From Octopus bimaculoides (Eukaryota): 64,000 nucleotides of DNA. The stretch lies in contig NC_068985.1 in NCBI RefSeq assembly GCF_001194135.2, positions 2,719,070 through 2,783,069 of the forward strand, given 5' to 3'. The first letter of the stretch is position 1, and each line of letters starts with the position of its first letter. This document shows, piece after piece, positions 25,217 to 37,958 of this stretch. Below the pieces are notes generated by a model. That model was not told where the DNA came from. It did no database searches and was given only the letters and a program-made list of their open reading frames with translations. The position numbers and the translations under genes were made by a program.

Positions 25217-26644
25217 TACATAGGGCCTTTTCCAGTTTCTGCCTGCCAAATTTATTCTCAAGGTATTGTTTGGCCTTGGGCTATTTTCTAAGGTACTTAT
25301 GCAAGGTGCTGCATTGTGGAATAGAACCTGAAACTATGGAGTTGCAAAGTGTGTGAGCACGTGCATGCGTGTGTGTGTGCATGTGTACGCATGTGTAGAT
25401 GAGTGTCTGCAAACAATATTAAAATCACAATGTGTAGACAGAGCGGTACACTAATGTTTTTCAGCATATATTTACGAGGTAGTATATAGTGCAATTCAAA
25501 TAACCTCAGACAGCATCGCCAAGATATAGAGAAAGTTTCCAATAACTCCCAAGGGAGAACCAATGAAAATAAGACAATTTCTATCTAAAAATCTTCAAAG
25601 ATTCTATCAGACACAACACAAAGCATTGCCTAGTGTTGTTGTTGTTGCTGTTTGTTCTGCTAGCTAAAGCCATGGTAGTGGTGACGGTGCTGGTGGAGCT
25701 TTCCATTTCAGAAGATACTCTAACATGAGATTATAAACCCGGTAGCAAAATCAAGAAACTATACAAAATGTAGAAATAGAAAATAGATGTACATATAAAT
25801 ATTCCCCCAGCTTGCTACCCATCATCATCATCATCATCGTTTTACTTCTGTTTCTGTACTGGTAGGAGTTTTACTGGTTGCAAGTCTGTGTCAGTTTGCA
25901 TTCAGAGTTACCACCTTCCGAAGGATGAAACTTCACTTATATGTTCCATTCTGGGCATGGTTTCTACAGCTAATACCAACTTCTTCAGAGTGTACTGGAT
26001 ACATTTTATCCTAGCATCAACACCAGTGAGGTTGCCTGGTGACCTAAGCTTCCATATAGTTTCTATCTGCTAAATTTCACTCATTGGCTTAAGTCAACAG
26101 AAAGACTACAATAAAGAACTTTGTCGTTGTTATTTAATGTCTTATTCCATGCTGGCATGAGTTGGATGTTTGAGAGAAACTGGTGAGGCTGAGACAGGCT
26201 CCATTGTCTGTTTTGGCATGGATGGATGCCCTTCCTAATGCTGACCACTGCACAGAGTGTAGTAGATGCTTTTTATGTGACACCAGTACCAGTGCCTTTT
26301 ATGTGGCACCATCACCAGTGCTTTTTACATGGCACCAGAACCAACACTTACCCAAAATGCTGAGCAGTAAGACTGCAGAGTAATTGCAACCTCAGGTACG
26401 TGCTGCATCAAAGAAACCAAAAAACAAAAGAAAAAAAGGAGAAAGAAAAGAACCCAACACCAGAGCTGAAGACACCTCTGAAAGGGAGCGGGGGCACCAC
26501 GTTGAAAACGGTAGAGAAGTAGGGGCCAAAATCAGACATGGTTCCTCCTGAGGATGTCTTTAGCCACTGGATCTTATAAAGGAGTTGTTGAGGTAGCGAA
26601 CAACAAAACGTGGTTGCAATTCCTCCTATATGAACCTTTTTGCT

Positions 26645-26775
26645 CATTCGGCAAAAGAGACCGATAGAATAAGTACTAGGCTTACAAAGAATAAGTCCTG
26701 GGGTCGATTTGCTCGACTAAAGGCGGTGCTCCAGCATGGCCACAGTCAAATGACTGAAACAAGTAAAAGAGTAAA
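26645..26775 (+). mobile_element. Isolated family A 3' module (5'-truncated)
   Basis: Near-consensus ttcggcaaaagagaccgatagaataagtactaggcttacaaagaataagtcctggggtcgatttgctcgactaaaggcggtgctccagcatggccacagtcaaatgactgaaacaagtaaaagag. Confidence 0.85.
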
Positions 26776-28499
26776 ACCTCAAATTGTATCAATGTGAGAA
26801 AGATGTTTTCAAAACAAAGTGCACCAAGTATTTGTGGACAAATTTAGTGGGTCACAAGTAGATGAAGGCGAAACAATATCACACAGTATATACGATTCCC
26901 TTCATATCTCTTTTAGATAGACAGCATCAGGGGTGTAAAAGCAAATTTTAAAAAAAATAAATAAATAAAAAAAAGAAAATTTGGTGGTTCGCTTATGTTT
27001 GATAAAGGAAATGACAATAGTAAGGCAGAAATATGAAGGAAATAAATGTTAGATCAATTGACATAACATTCATTTTATTTTGTAATCAGAATTGACAAGA
27101 TGTATACACATCATAATTGTGCCTTGTGATCAGATGTTTCACTATGGTCCTCCGCTACAACAATATAGACTGAAACTACAACAGGGCAGAATCTAACGGC
27201 AGCAACACTGGCCGATCATCACTGCCGCTGTCGCCAACAACAACAACAATTTCCCCCCTTGTATACTTTATGTCCAACTAATGGACAGAGTTACAATGTA
27301 GTAAGTATACCTCGGCGGCAAGTCACATCACTTGAGATTTCTATCAGAATATCTCTGCAATGAGCTGCTGCTGCTGTCACAGTTGGGAGGAGAAAGAAAT
27401 GAAGAAGACAAGTTATGTTTGAAAATACAATTTAGTTAAACCCATTTTCTGGTTCTTTTACCCACTTCCAATACATTACTCAATAATCACAGTTATTGAT
27501 GAAACCTGCAAAGTACATCATCAAAATGAAGTATATGTAATTAAGCCCTGTCTTTAATAGCTTTTCTTAGAATTCTTTAAAATTATTCCATCATCTTCAT
27601 TTTAACATCCAATAAATTCCCATTTTCATTTTTTAGCTTTGTTGTTTTTGTGTATGCACGCATGTATGTATGCCTGGTTGTGTACGCATGTATATAAGGA
27701 AGGCATAGGCAGTCTTTGTCCCTTATATTTTCGTGTTTTATATTCTCCATTAATGAATCACTCCTAAGGCTATTTTAAGATCAAATTTCTTACATGTTTT
27801 CATTCTCTCCGCAAGTAAGTGCTATCATCTTACCAGTGTTCAAAATGATTTCTTAAAAAGTAAATTCAAACAACAAAAAAACATGAAAGTGGGATCTTAT
27901 TTATAAAAAGAAGAAACTTAATACTTTTTTTAATTAAACAATAGTTTTATAAATCTCAAATAATAATAGATCATAGTTGAGTGGCTCACATCTTGGTGGT
28001 TTGGTTGGCTTATTAACATTCGCCAAGAGTGATCGAGTAGGTTATGACATGAAACTAGCCAGTCAAATGTAAACGGAACACACTCACGTCTCAATATATT
28101 TCTGGCAGGTCAACATCAGCAGGAACTTCACAGTCGTTGTTGTGTGTCATGGACTCTGTGGCCTTGGCTTTAGAATATAGAACAGTGGGTTTTATTCATC
28201 CTCTTTTAGTGATCCCGTTCAAATATTTGTAAAAGCTAATGAACCCAAATAAATTTGATGACTCAATAATTAAAGAAATACAACAGATTGTGTGTGCGCG
28301 CACACACACACACACACACTAAAGGTCATTATTATCTGCATATCTGCAGTTCTAAATATTCAAAAAATAAATAACTGTGATGTAAATATATTTTTAAAGA
28401 ATAAAGATAAACAGAATCCATTACTGCATAACAAACATTTGTGAACTTGATGCATTATACGGGAAAAAAAAGAAAAAAAATCAAATTAAATTTATATAA

Positions 28500-29920
28500 T
28501 TTAATGGTTAAACTGAGTTTAATAATAATTTGTTAATTCTTCAATATCAGGTTCAATGTTTGACAAGTAAAGGCTCAAGTTTCCTCTGTCTCTGATTTTT
28601 AGTGTATTTCACTGCTTAGTAAATACGACTTTGAATCTTCCTTTGACAAAGTATGAAGACGGAAAATCAATAAGAATTTTATTTCTAGCTAAAAATTAGG
28701 ACACTTGTTTTTGCCCAACCACATGGTCCTGGGTTCAGTCCCACAATGTGTGGCACCTTGGGTAAGTGTCTTTTACTACAGCCTCAGGCCAACGAAAGCC
28801 TTGTGAGTGGGTTTGGTTTGGTTTGGCCGGCAGAAACTGTATGAAGCTTGTCATGTGTGTGTGTGTGTGTTTTGTTAGCCCATACTCCCACCCCACTGCT
28901 TGACAACAGGTGTTAGTGTGTTTATGTCCCCATGCCGTAGCAGTTTAGCAAAAGCAGCCAAGAGAACAAGTCCTAGGCTTTAAGAAATATATATATTATA
29001 TGGGGGGTGGCTTGATTAATTTACCTAGAAATTATTGTGTGGTGCCCCAGCATGGCCCCAGTCTAATGACTGAAACAAGAGACAAAAAATAAAATGCTTC
29101 ATATTCATTTTTGATGAAACTGTAAATGAACTTCTAAGTTGTTTTCTAATTCTTCAAGAAGGCCTGCACAAGCAAAATATGCATTAGGGTTAAAAAAATA
29201 AAATAACAAAATAAAAAAAATATGCAGATTTATGATCTATTAGAGTATTTTCAATTCAAATCTGGATATCATACCATATTTCAGTGCTTGAAGATGGGAA
29301 CAATAAAATTCTCCATATCAGAACTACAGATCTCAAACCACTATCATTCTGTTGTTTTATTATTTGTAGGAAACTTTAGGAAATCGCATTTTGTGCATTT
29401 GCTGCTAAAAGAATTCATAATTTCCTTTGTTTTAATAAGTTTCTACCGTTTCCTTGCAATTTGATATTCCTCACATTTAATTTGTTGAAGATGTCAGAAA
29501 GATAAGTAATATCAGTCCCATGGTTTTTCTGGCTCATTACATATTTTCTCATCATATAACTTAAAAATTCCAATATAGTACCAAAGAGATCATAAAAGCA
29601 TTTCAGACACTTTCCCTTAGAAAGCCATCAAATTTTATCGTGTAGTAAAAGATGCTGAACTGACGTTCATTTTCATGGCAATTTTTTTTAAATATGGATA
29701 TTCAATGGATGAGTTTCTATTGTATTGTCGTAGCTAAGTGTTGCCAATGAATAATGCAGTGATTCATAAATATATTTGCAGCTGCTTCTAATAAATCCAT
29801 TATGGTGACTTATCGGTAGAAATACTTCATCAACTTCACATGCAATAACATTTGTAAGGGGAATATTTTTATCATTAAAAAGTGCTCAACTAATTGTAGA
29901 ACCTGTTGTGTCAGTTTTAA
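28500..29920 (-). mobile_element. Degraded hAT (Charlie/SPIN-like) transposase, interrupted by a SINE
   Basis: Minus-strand broken frames in order: KTDTTGSTI..DKNIPLTNVIAC, MNHCIIHWQHL (cf. HCVIHRQHL), WLSKGKCLK (cf. RWLSKG), DITYLSDIFNKLN, and after the SINE LIDFPSSYFV..RGNLSLYLSNIEPDI (cf. LIAFPSSYLVERGFS..RGDLRL). Confidence 0.75.
28705..29090 (+). mobile_element. SINE family A inserted in the hAT relic
   Basis: cccaaccacatggtcctgggttcagtcccac...ggtgccccagcatggccccagtctaatgactgaaac. Confidence 0.85.
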
Positions 29921-30654
29921 CTTATTTGTTTCAAACCTAGCATAACTAAAAATTATTAAATAAAAATTATGACAGAAGATTTGAAGTTAAATATGACCAG
30001 TTTAAAACTGATAGCTTCATATGAGAGAACCAAGGGCAGTCTCAGACAAGCTGGTATCAAAATAATCTATTCTCCAGTAATTAAACTTATTTTGACATTA
30101 ATTTTGCTTTGAGATTAAAACCAATATGAAATAAATTTCAACTTTTAATATTTAATGAATTTTAATTAGTCCTTCCAGAGAAAATTTGATAAATAAGAAA
30201 TCTCATGATGGCAATCTTTGATAATAGAGGACCACTTTTAGTCTGTCAAACAGTAGTTAGTATCATTTTGTTTGGTTACCATAAAAGTATTATTTTCAAA
30301 GCTGTGCTCCAGCTAGCTTGTTTGTAACTGGGACGGTTACTTGGTAGAATTAAGAAATTTTCTTTTGCTGTTATTTTATACTTGTGCAGTTGTTCATTTT
30401 TGTGTTGTTAATGTAAACAGTCTGATACAATCACACTATTCAAACACAAAAAAAACAACAGTACAAAAAAAAAAAGAATGATAATAACAATGAAAATAAA
30501 AATTCTTAATTGTGCCAAAAATTTCCATAAACAAAAACTGGTCACAGCACAGTATTAAAAAAACATTCTTTCATATTGTCAAGCAAAGCAATCCTAGCTG
30601 TAGGTTGATATAGCTAAAGGGGAATGCTATAGTCAAATATTACCCTCCTCATCA

Positions 30655-30825
30655 TCATCATCATGTAACGTCCGCTTTCTGTGCTAGCATGGGTTGAACG
30701 GTTTGACTGGGGACTGGTGAATCAGATGGTTACACCAGGCTCCAATCTGATCTGGCAGAGTTTCTACAGCTGGATGCCCTTCCTAACGCCAACCACTCCG
30801 AGAGTGTAGTTGGTGCTTTTTACAC
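30655..30825 (-). mobile_element. Family C repeat, near consensus
   Basis: (cat)n-taacgtccgctttctgtgctagcatgggttgaacgg...ctggatgcccttcctaacgccaaccactccgagagtgtag. An oppositely oriented copy lies at about 31110-31395. Confidence 0.85.
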
Positions 30826-33134
30826 TCATTATAAGTAAATGATTAGGTTGTGAGCTGGCAAAATTGTTAGCATGCCAGACAAAAGGCTTACTGGAATTTC
30901 GTCCATCGTTAGGTTCTGAGTTCAAATTCCTCCTAGTCAACTTTGCTTTTCATCCTTTTGGGGACTGATGAAATATGCATCGGTTGGGCATGACACCTGC
31001 TTCTGTTTCTCTGTCACACTCTAACCTTTCATCATTTGACACAAAACCACACTCCTCTAATGATCTCTTTCTTCTCAAAGGTTCTTTGTCTTGCAAGTTA
31101 CTTGGTGACCCTGCCAGTGCTGGTGTCATGTAAAAAGAATCCAGTCCACAGTGTAGAGTGATTGGCATTTGGAAGGGCATCCAGCTATAAAAACCATGCC
31201 AAAACTGACCTCACCTGTACTGGTGCCACATAAAAAGCATTCCGTCCACTCTGCAGAGTGGTTAGGCATCCAGCTGTAAAAACCATGCCAAAACAGACAC
31301 AGATGTATGGCACAGTCTTCTGCTTTGGCAGCTCCTGCCGATCCATCCAACTCATGCCAGCATGGAAAGCGGACGTTAAACAATGAGGATAATGACATGA
31401 GTGTGTGTGTACATGCACACATTTAGATAAAATGTACCATCACCTGCAAGATTCACATGCCACAGCCTCTGTATAAGATGTGAGTTTAACACACACACAC
31501 ATATATATATGTATATCCAGCAGAAATGGAAATCAATTAGTAGCTTTAAAGTTTTTATCATACAACCAAGACACAAAATAACTTAAAAATACAGTGTTTT
31601 TTCCTAATTTAAAAACAATAAAACTAACTAACTGACCAGTCCACTATTCCAACCAATGCTAAGAACAGTTCTAATACTGCAACTAGCACAAATACTGCTC
31701 TTAAACAACCAATAATATCGCTAGTTTGTAATTTTGTTGGAAGCTTTATAATGGCTCCGACTAATCAGTAGGCTTTTACGACAAAATTAACAAAAACATA
31801 CTTAATACCCACTTCCCCGTTTTCCTTCTAATTCCCTCAATCAACTTCCTTTTTTTTCTTTCTTTTATTGTTTTTATATTATTCTTCCTTGATAAATAAC
31901 AGCACATGACAAAGAGAAACCGAATCAATTACCAGAAAGGAAAAGTTATCAGCAAACTATCTACTTAAAACTAGGAATCCACATCCAAAGAACTAGACTT
32001 ATCAAGATGGTTATTGATTTCTGAACAATGGACATCGATAATGGTGGGGTGGTAGGAGGATGACGATGATGACGATGACAACGATAGTAACGGCGAACAG
32101 AGGTAATATTAAGGAAACAGTCTTCCAAAAATCTGCTTGTTCTATAGTTTGTCATATTTCATTGTATTCAGACGCACAGAGATAATAATTTCACATTATT
32201 TCACTGTAGACATTAGTAGTCATGATGTCGAAGCAAATCAGATATCGATCTTTTTGGCCATTGGGTCATTAGTCTGTATTCCAACACTGGTCTGTGTCCT
32301 GATCAAAACAATGAACTTTTCCTGCTCTAATAGTTACTTATGCAGTAAAGATAGTAACAGAGCCAGCAAACTAAAAACTAAGAACTAGTTTTGTACATTC
32401 CAAAGGTAAGATGAAATCCTCTTGAAAAACAATCAATAAACCCCCACCAAACACCAACCCCACCACCAACATTGTTTAGTTTGCTAGAAAAATCATGAAT
32501 GTCAAATTCACACGACCTCTTCTCAATAATGCTTACATAAAAAATTCATCATAATCAACACCATCAATACTATTGGATATTTGATTACATGGCTGTAGCC
32601 TCATACTTCATTGAAATCATTGCTTTGTTTTCTGGAAGCTTTTCACCTAAATAAGGAATTATCATCACTGTTGTCTTCATCATTTGTCGTCATCAGCAGC
32701 AGCACTCGCAGCAGCAGAGAGGGAATCTTGACATAGTCACAAAATCTGCTCAGTAGACCAGACAAATTTAACACTACTAACAAATCTTTGATCATTTTTA
32801 AACTCTTATATTCTGAGTTCTAAAACGAATGCCAGAGCACCAGATATCTCATCACAGTGATTAAATGCTTGGCTCAGTTCAGAAGCAGGTGAAACCAAAG
32901 CTGATTGTCACTTAAAGAACAAAACAAGAAAAAAAAAGCAGAAAACACACCATTGTTTTTTTCCCTTTTTATACAAATAGTCAAAGAGATTATAAAGATT
33001 TTAGTAAGCTTATTGTAGACTGAAATAATTTATAGACTGTAAAGCTTTCAGCTGTAACTATGGTAGAAAATATTAATATATAAGTATTCATATGTTTGTC
33101 TACTTACTCTATTAACAGCTAATATTTTCTGGTG

Positions 33135-33400
33135 CAGGCATGGCTGTGTGGTAAGAAATTTGCTCCGCAACCACAGGGTTCCAGGTTCAGTCCCACAGAG
33201 TATGGGCAGACCAAATCCTTGTGAGTGGATTTGGTAGATGGAAACAGAAAGAAGCCCATCATATATTTACATATATTGTAGTGTCTGTTTTTGTCCTCTG
33301 TCACTGCTTGACAATGGGTGTTAGTGTGTTTACGTCCCCATAATTTAGCGGTCCAGCAAAGGACAGTAGCAGAATAAGTACCAGGCCAAAAGAATTTCAG
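33135..33400 (+). mobile_element. SINE family A (3' end missing)
   Basis: ggtgcaggcatggctgtgtggtaagaaatttgct... motifs. Confidence 0.8.
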
Positions 33401-33419
33401 ATTTTTGCAACAAGGGCAG

Positions 33420-33605
33420 CTTAGCAGAGGTGGGGGTGAGTCAATTACATTGACCTCAGAGTTCAACTGGTACTTATTTTATCAACCCTGAAAGGATGAA
33501 AGGCAAAGTCGACCTTGGCGGAATTTGAACTCAGAACATAGCAACGGGTGAAATACAGCTAAGCATTTCATCCAGTGCGCTAACGATTTTGTCAGCTCGC
33601 CACCT
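33420..33605 (-). mobile_element. SINE family B, near consensus
   Basis: gaaaggatgaaaggcaaagtcgaccttggcggaatttgaactcagaac...gtcagctcgccacc. Confidence 0.85.
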
Positions 33606-33640
33606 TAATAATAATAATAATAATAATAATAAAATTAAAA

Positions 33641-34116
33641 TAATATAAAGTTATGCAGTAAGATGGAAAAGTAACGATACGCTGGGACTATGATTTTCAG
33701 ATGGATCGTGTAATTGAACGCTGTCAGCTGAATATTGTCATTCTGAATGAGAGAGACAAATACTGTCAGATCATTGATGCAGCCATACGAAATGACATGA
33801 ATGTTGTGAGTAAAGAGGTTGAAAAAAATCACCAAATACTTCGAATTGAAAGTGGAAGTAGCAAGACTGTATGAAATGCGAGAGGTTAATGTAAAAGCGA
33901 TACCAGTGGTGATTGGAGCATTGGGTTCAATCCCATTGAAACTTCAAGACCTCTTAAGGCAACTGGAAATCCCATGCAAGATTGACGTCTTGCAAAAAGC
34001 AGCCTTATTGGGCAGAGCGCACATCTTAAGGAAAGTATTATCTGTCTGAGGTCCTTGGTGTGACTTGACAGATGACTAAAGACTGGTGCATTTTTACCTA
34101 CACTATGTTACGAAGG
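33641..34116 (+). mobile_element. 5'-truncated R4/Dong-clade non-LTR retrotransposon (restriction-like endonuclease domain plus 3' UTR)
   Basis: Translates VTIRWDYDFQMDRVIERCQLNIVIL..CQIIDAAIRNDMNVVSKEVEK/ITKYFELKVEVARLY..AIPVVIGALGSIP..LQKAALLGRAHILRKVLSV*. One stop, one frameshift, and the catalytic PD replaced by LN. Flanked by TAA repeats. Confidence 0.85.
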
Positions 34117-34184
34117 AATAATACTAATAATGATAATATGAATGCAAGACTCCAGGAGCTCCAACAAAACCTGGGATAAAGAGA

Positions 34185-34186
34185 TG

Positions 34187-34274
<88 letters not shown>

Positions 34275-34324
34275 TAATAATAATAATAATAATAATGATA
34301 ATAATAATAATGATAATAATAATA
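34185..34324. repeat. (AAT)n/(ATG) trinucleotide microsatellite
   Basis: Direct reading; source of the poly-I, poly-L and poly-Y ORFs. Confidence 0.97.
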
Positions 34325-35491
34325 ACATTGTGTGCTGCAATCCATTCATTTGACTAAAGATTCTTCAAGGCGGTGCCTTAGCATGGCTATTGTCCAATGA
34401 TTGAAACAAGTAAAAGATAAAAGAATATACTGATATTTATGTAGGTTTTTCTCAAGGATGAAAGTAAAAGGAAAATAACGAGTAGTGGTGATGAGACACA
34501 GGTCTACTTCAGAGTGAGGAAAGAAAAAAAAGAAAGGCAGAAAGTAATCGAAAAAGATGTTCAGGCCAAGAATTGAGTAATAATTTTTATCAGGGTAGGG
34601 AAGAGCTGTTAGGTTTATTACGTTCAAATAGTTTGTAGATTCTCAAAAGTTATGTTAAGATATTTAGTTTAATGAGATTAAGTAATAACTGTTACTTATT
34701 TTATCAACCTTTGAAAGGATGAAAGGCAAAGTCAACCATGGCAGGATTTGAACTCAGAATCAAAAGAGAGACAAAATGCCACAAAGCATTTTGCCTGGTG
34801 TGTTAATGATCTTTTGCCAAATCAATGCCTTAATACCAACAACAACAATAATGGTTTCAAATTTTGGTATAATGCCAGCAATTTTGGTGGAAGGGGCTAC
34901 TTGATTACATTGGCCCCAGTGCTCAACTGGTACATATTTCCTCAACCCGCAAAAGGATGAAAGGCAAGAAATCTTTTTAGACGAGGGTGTCATGATTTCT
35001 GTAGAGAAATAGCATTAATGAAATGGTTTATGCTAACAAGAGTTCTTGAAAAGAGAGTAAATAAATTAGTAAAATTTTGACATAATTCTTCGTATTAATA
35101 GCTTCTAAACTAGATAACATTTAAAGATTTCAGGTTATTTAAATTACAAATTAAACAATAAGGAGATAAACAAAAATGGGGCTAAAAGCTTAGATTTCGA
35201 AAGATCTAGATTTATTTCAGATACAGCATGGAAATTAATGTTATGAAAAATTAGGGGCTAACACTTTAAAACTTGGCTGAGAGGAATATTTGTTGATTTA
35301 TCTTTTATCTTTTGTTTAAGTCATTAGACTGTGGCCATGCTAGGGCAATGCCATAAAGAATTTTTAGTTGAATGAATCAACCTCAGTAATTATTTTTCTT
35401 TTTTCTGCCTGATATTTATTCTGTTGGTGTCTTTCGCTGAATTGCTAAGTGACATGGACATAAACACACACACACTATANNNNNNNNNNAC

Positions 35492-35522
<31 letters not shown>

Positions 35523-35899
35523 TAAGCAGAGTTAGCAATTGGAATAACCGTCTAAGGGATAAGAATATCCATTAGTAAATTGCCAATGTTAACCCTGGGT
35601 ATGGCTATGCAAGCATATTATGCTCATAGGATACAGGTAAGAACAGAATAAACAAGAGATTATCAGGAATCAAATTTAAAATAAGCAAGAAATGGAGAAA
35701 ACTTTTGATCAACAAACAGATTGACTCCTAATGGGTTGGCAGATGCTGTGTTGCTGGGTAAATTTGCTATTTAGTGAACAGTTACAAAAGAGTACATTAA
35801 ATGTCTGATCAGAGGAAATGATAACAATGCATGGAAGTTGTTTAGTAAATCAGTTTCCCCTGAACTACATGTGTGTACCAATATGTGTATGTGCATATG

Positions 35900-36105
35900 A
35901 AGGTGGCCGAGTGGGCAGAATTGTTAGCACGCTGGGCAAAATGCTTAGTGGCATTACGTCCTGAGTTCAAATTTCGCCAAGGTTGACTTTGCCTTTCATT
36001 CAATTCGAGGTCAATAAAAAAAAGTATCAGTAAAGCACTGGGGTCGATGTAATTGACTTACTCACTCCCTCGAAATTGCTGGCCTTGTGCAAAAATTTGA
36101 AATCA
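35900..36105 (+). mobile_element. SINE family B
   Basis: ggtggccgagtgggcagaattgttagcacgctgggcaaaatgcttag...gttgactttgcctttcatt. Another copy at about 36965-37180. Confidence 0.85.
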
Positions 36106-36305
36106 GTATGTATGCATATTTGAGCATGCGCACATACACACACACAAATCAGCTTTGTTCAAATTGATCCTAACATTTGTGCTCTGAGAACTTATTTACT
36201 AAGTAATTCAAAAACATAATTCAAACTGAACTCCAATGGAGTAAAAGAGAAGCTGTCTTCTCGTGATGAAACACAACAATGACTAACCCAGTCAGGCTTG
36301 AATCT

Positions 36306-36379
36306 TTCAAAACATGTATTCAGAGTGGATTCAAAACATGTATTCAAAACATGTATTCAAAACATGTATTCAGAGTGGA
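36306..36379. repeat. Composite minisatellite of 13-bp and 24-bp units
   Basis: ttcaaaacatgtattcagagtgga + 2x ttcaaaacatgta + ttcaaaacatgtattcagagtgga. Confidence 0.9.
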
Positions 36380-36464
36380 TATGCAAGTCATTGGCTGTAT
36401 TCACATTCAGATACCAAAATATGGAGAAAGCGGTACAGATAAACACAATTAGGGGCTTGATCTA

Positions 36465-36699
36465 CAGGGTGGCCCAAAACTAGCTTTAAAGTTATTCAGC
36501 TGTCTCTTTCGCATTCATATATTAACAGTTTGGATCTTAATTATAAAAAAATACGAAACCATTATTCTATGCTAATTTGGTTAATTCTGTCAAGCTCCCC
36601 TTTCAGTTTGTAAGATAGAAATTAAAATTTAATAAAATGTTTCAAAAGGAATTTAAAGTGCATACATGATAACTGTAAACCTACTTTTGAGCCATTCTG
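36465..36699. mobile_element. Tc1/mariner-type MITE, 235 bp, TA target duplication
   Basis: TA-cagggtggcccaaaactagctttaaagttat...ataactgtaaacctacttttgagccattctg-TA. About 31-bp TIRs with 6 mismatches. Confidence 0.75.
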
Positions 36700-36712
36700 T
36701 ATATATATATAT

Positions 36713-36786
<74 letters not shown>
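36713..36786. repeat. (GATA)n tetranucleotide microsatellite
   Basis: Direct reading. Confidence 0.97.
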
Positions 36787-37925
36787 TACTCACATATACA
36801 TACACATAGATCTATATTATATATATAAGGAGAGAGAGGGATAGAGTGGGGAGGGAGTGGGGGAGAGAGAGGAGGAGAGAGAGTGGGGAAGAGAGAGAGA
36901 GATAAAGATATAACTAAATATATTCAGAAGATGAACACAGGCACAAGCATTACATTATAGACAAGGTGGTGACCTGGCAAAATCATCAGCACAACATGCA
37001 AAATGCCTTGCAGCATTTTATCTGTCTTTACTTTCAGAGTTCAAATGCTGCTGGGGGTTGACTTTGCCTTTCATCCTTTTGGGGGTCAATAAAATAAGCA
37101 CCAGATGAGCACTGGGGGGCAATCTGATTGATTTAACACCTGCCCAGAAGAAATTGCTGGCCTCGTGCCAAAATTTGAAACCATCATATATATAGACGAA
37201 TGAATATGTGTGTCTGAGTGCACATGGATACATATACATGGCAGAGATTTGTTCAAAGGTCAGGAATGTAGTGGAGGGGTGGGGGTTATTTAAAGTGATA
37301 AATTTGATTGGTGAATAATTACAGAAGCAAATTATTTATCATCAATAATAAATAATAACTGAATGAGCTGGGAAAACGGTGAGTGGATAGATGAAAGGAA
37401 GGAGACAAAGGATCATGTCAAATAATAGAACTTACTGATAACTATGTGCCTTTTGTTTATAGTTCTCATTGTTATTTATTGAGAGAGGAGGGGGGGAGGC
37501 AAGTACTGTTCAAGAAGTACTGCAGTACTTGGGAGCTACTCTCTACATTCTGGGTTCATGTCTCACCATGGTCAAATTCATTTCTCATCAAGTATCGAGT
37601 ACAAATGATGATAAAGTTGAGACAGAGTTTTATTTTGTCCACACTTGTGTCTTTGAGTGAGAAATCATTGTTATTGTTATTTAATAAACATGAAACAGGG
37701 AGGGGGGAGAGAGAGAGACAGAATGGGGGTGGGGTAGTGAGTAGTTAGTTACGTAAAGATTAAGTAGAAGCTGGCAGGTACTTTGGTAGAGACAAGAAAA
37801 AGGGGGAAAAAAATAGAAAAAAGATTTTGTGCCAAGCAATATATTTTACTAATAACATGTGAAGCATTTGGAATAGTGATTTCTTGAGAGAGAGCAAGAG
37901 AATGAAAGAGAGAGAGAGAGAAGCA

Positions 37926-37958
<33 letters not shown>

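Noticed and set aside
21057-25356. Longest ORFs in the track (135-366 aa)
   Set aside because: They consist of N gaps (X) and (TA)n or (TG)n translations; not genes.
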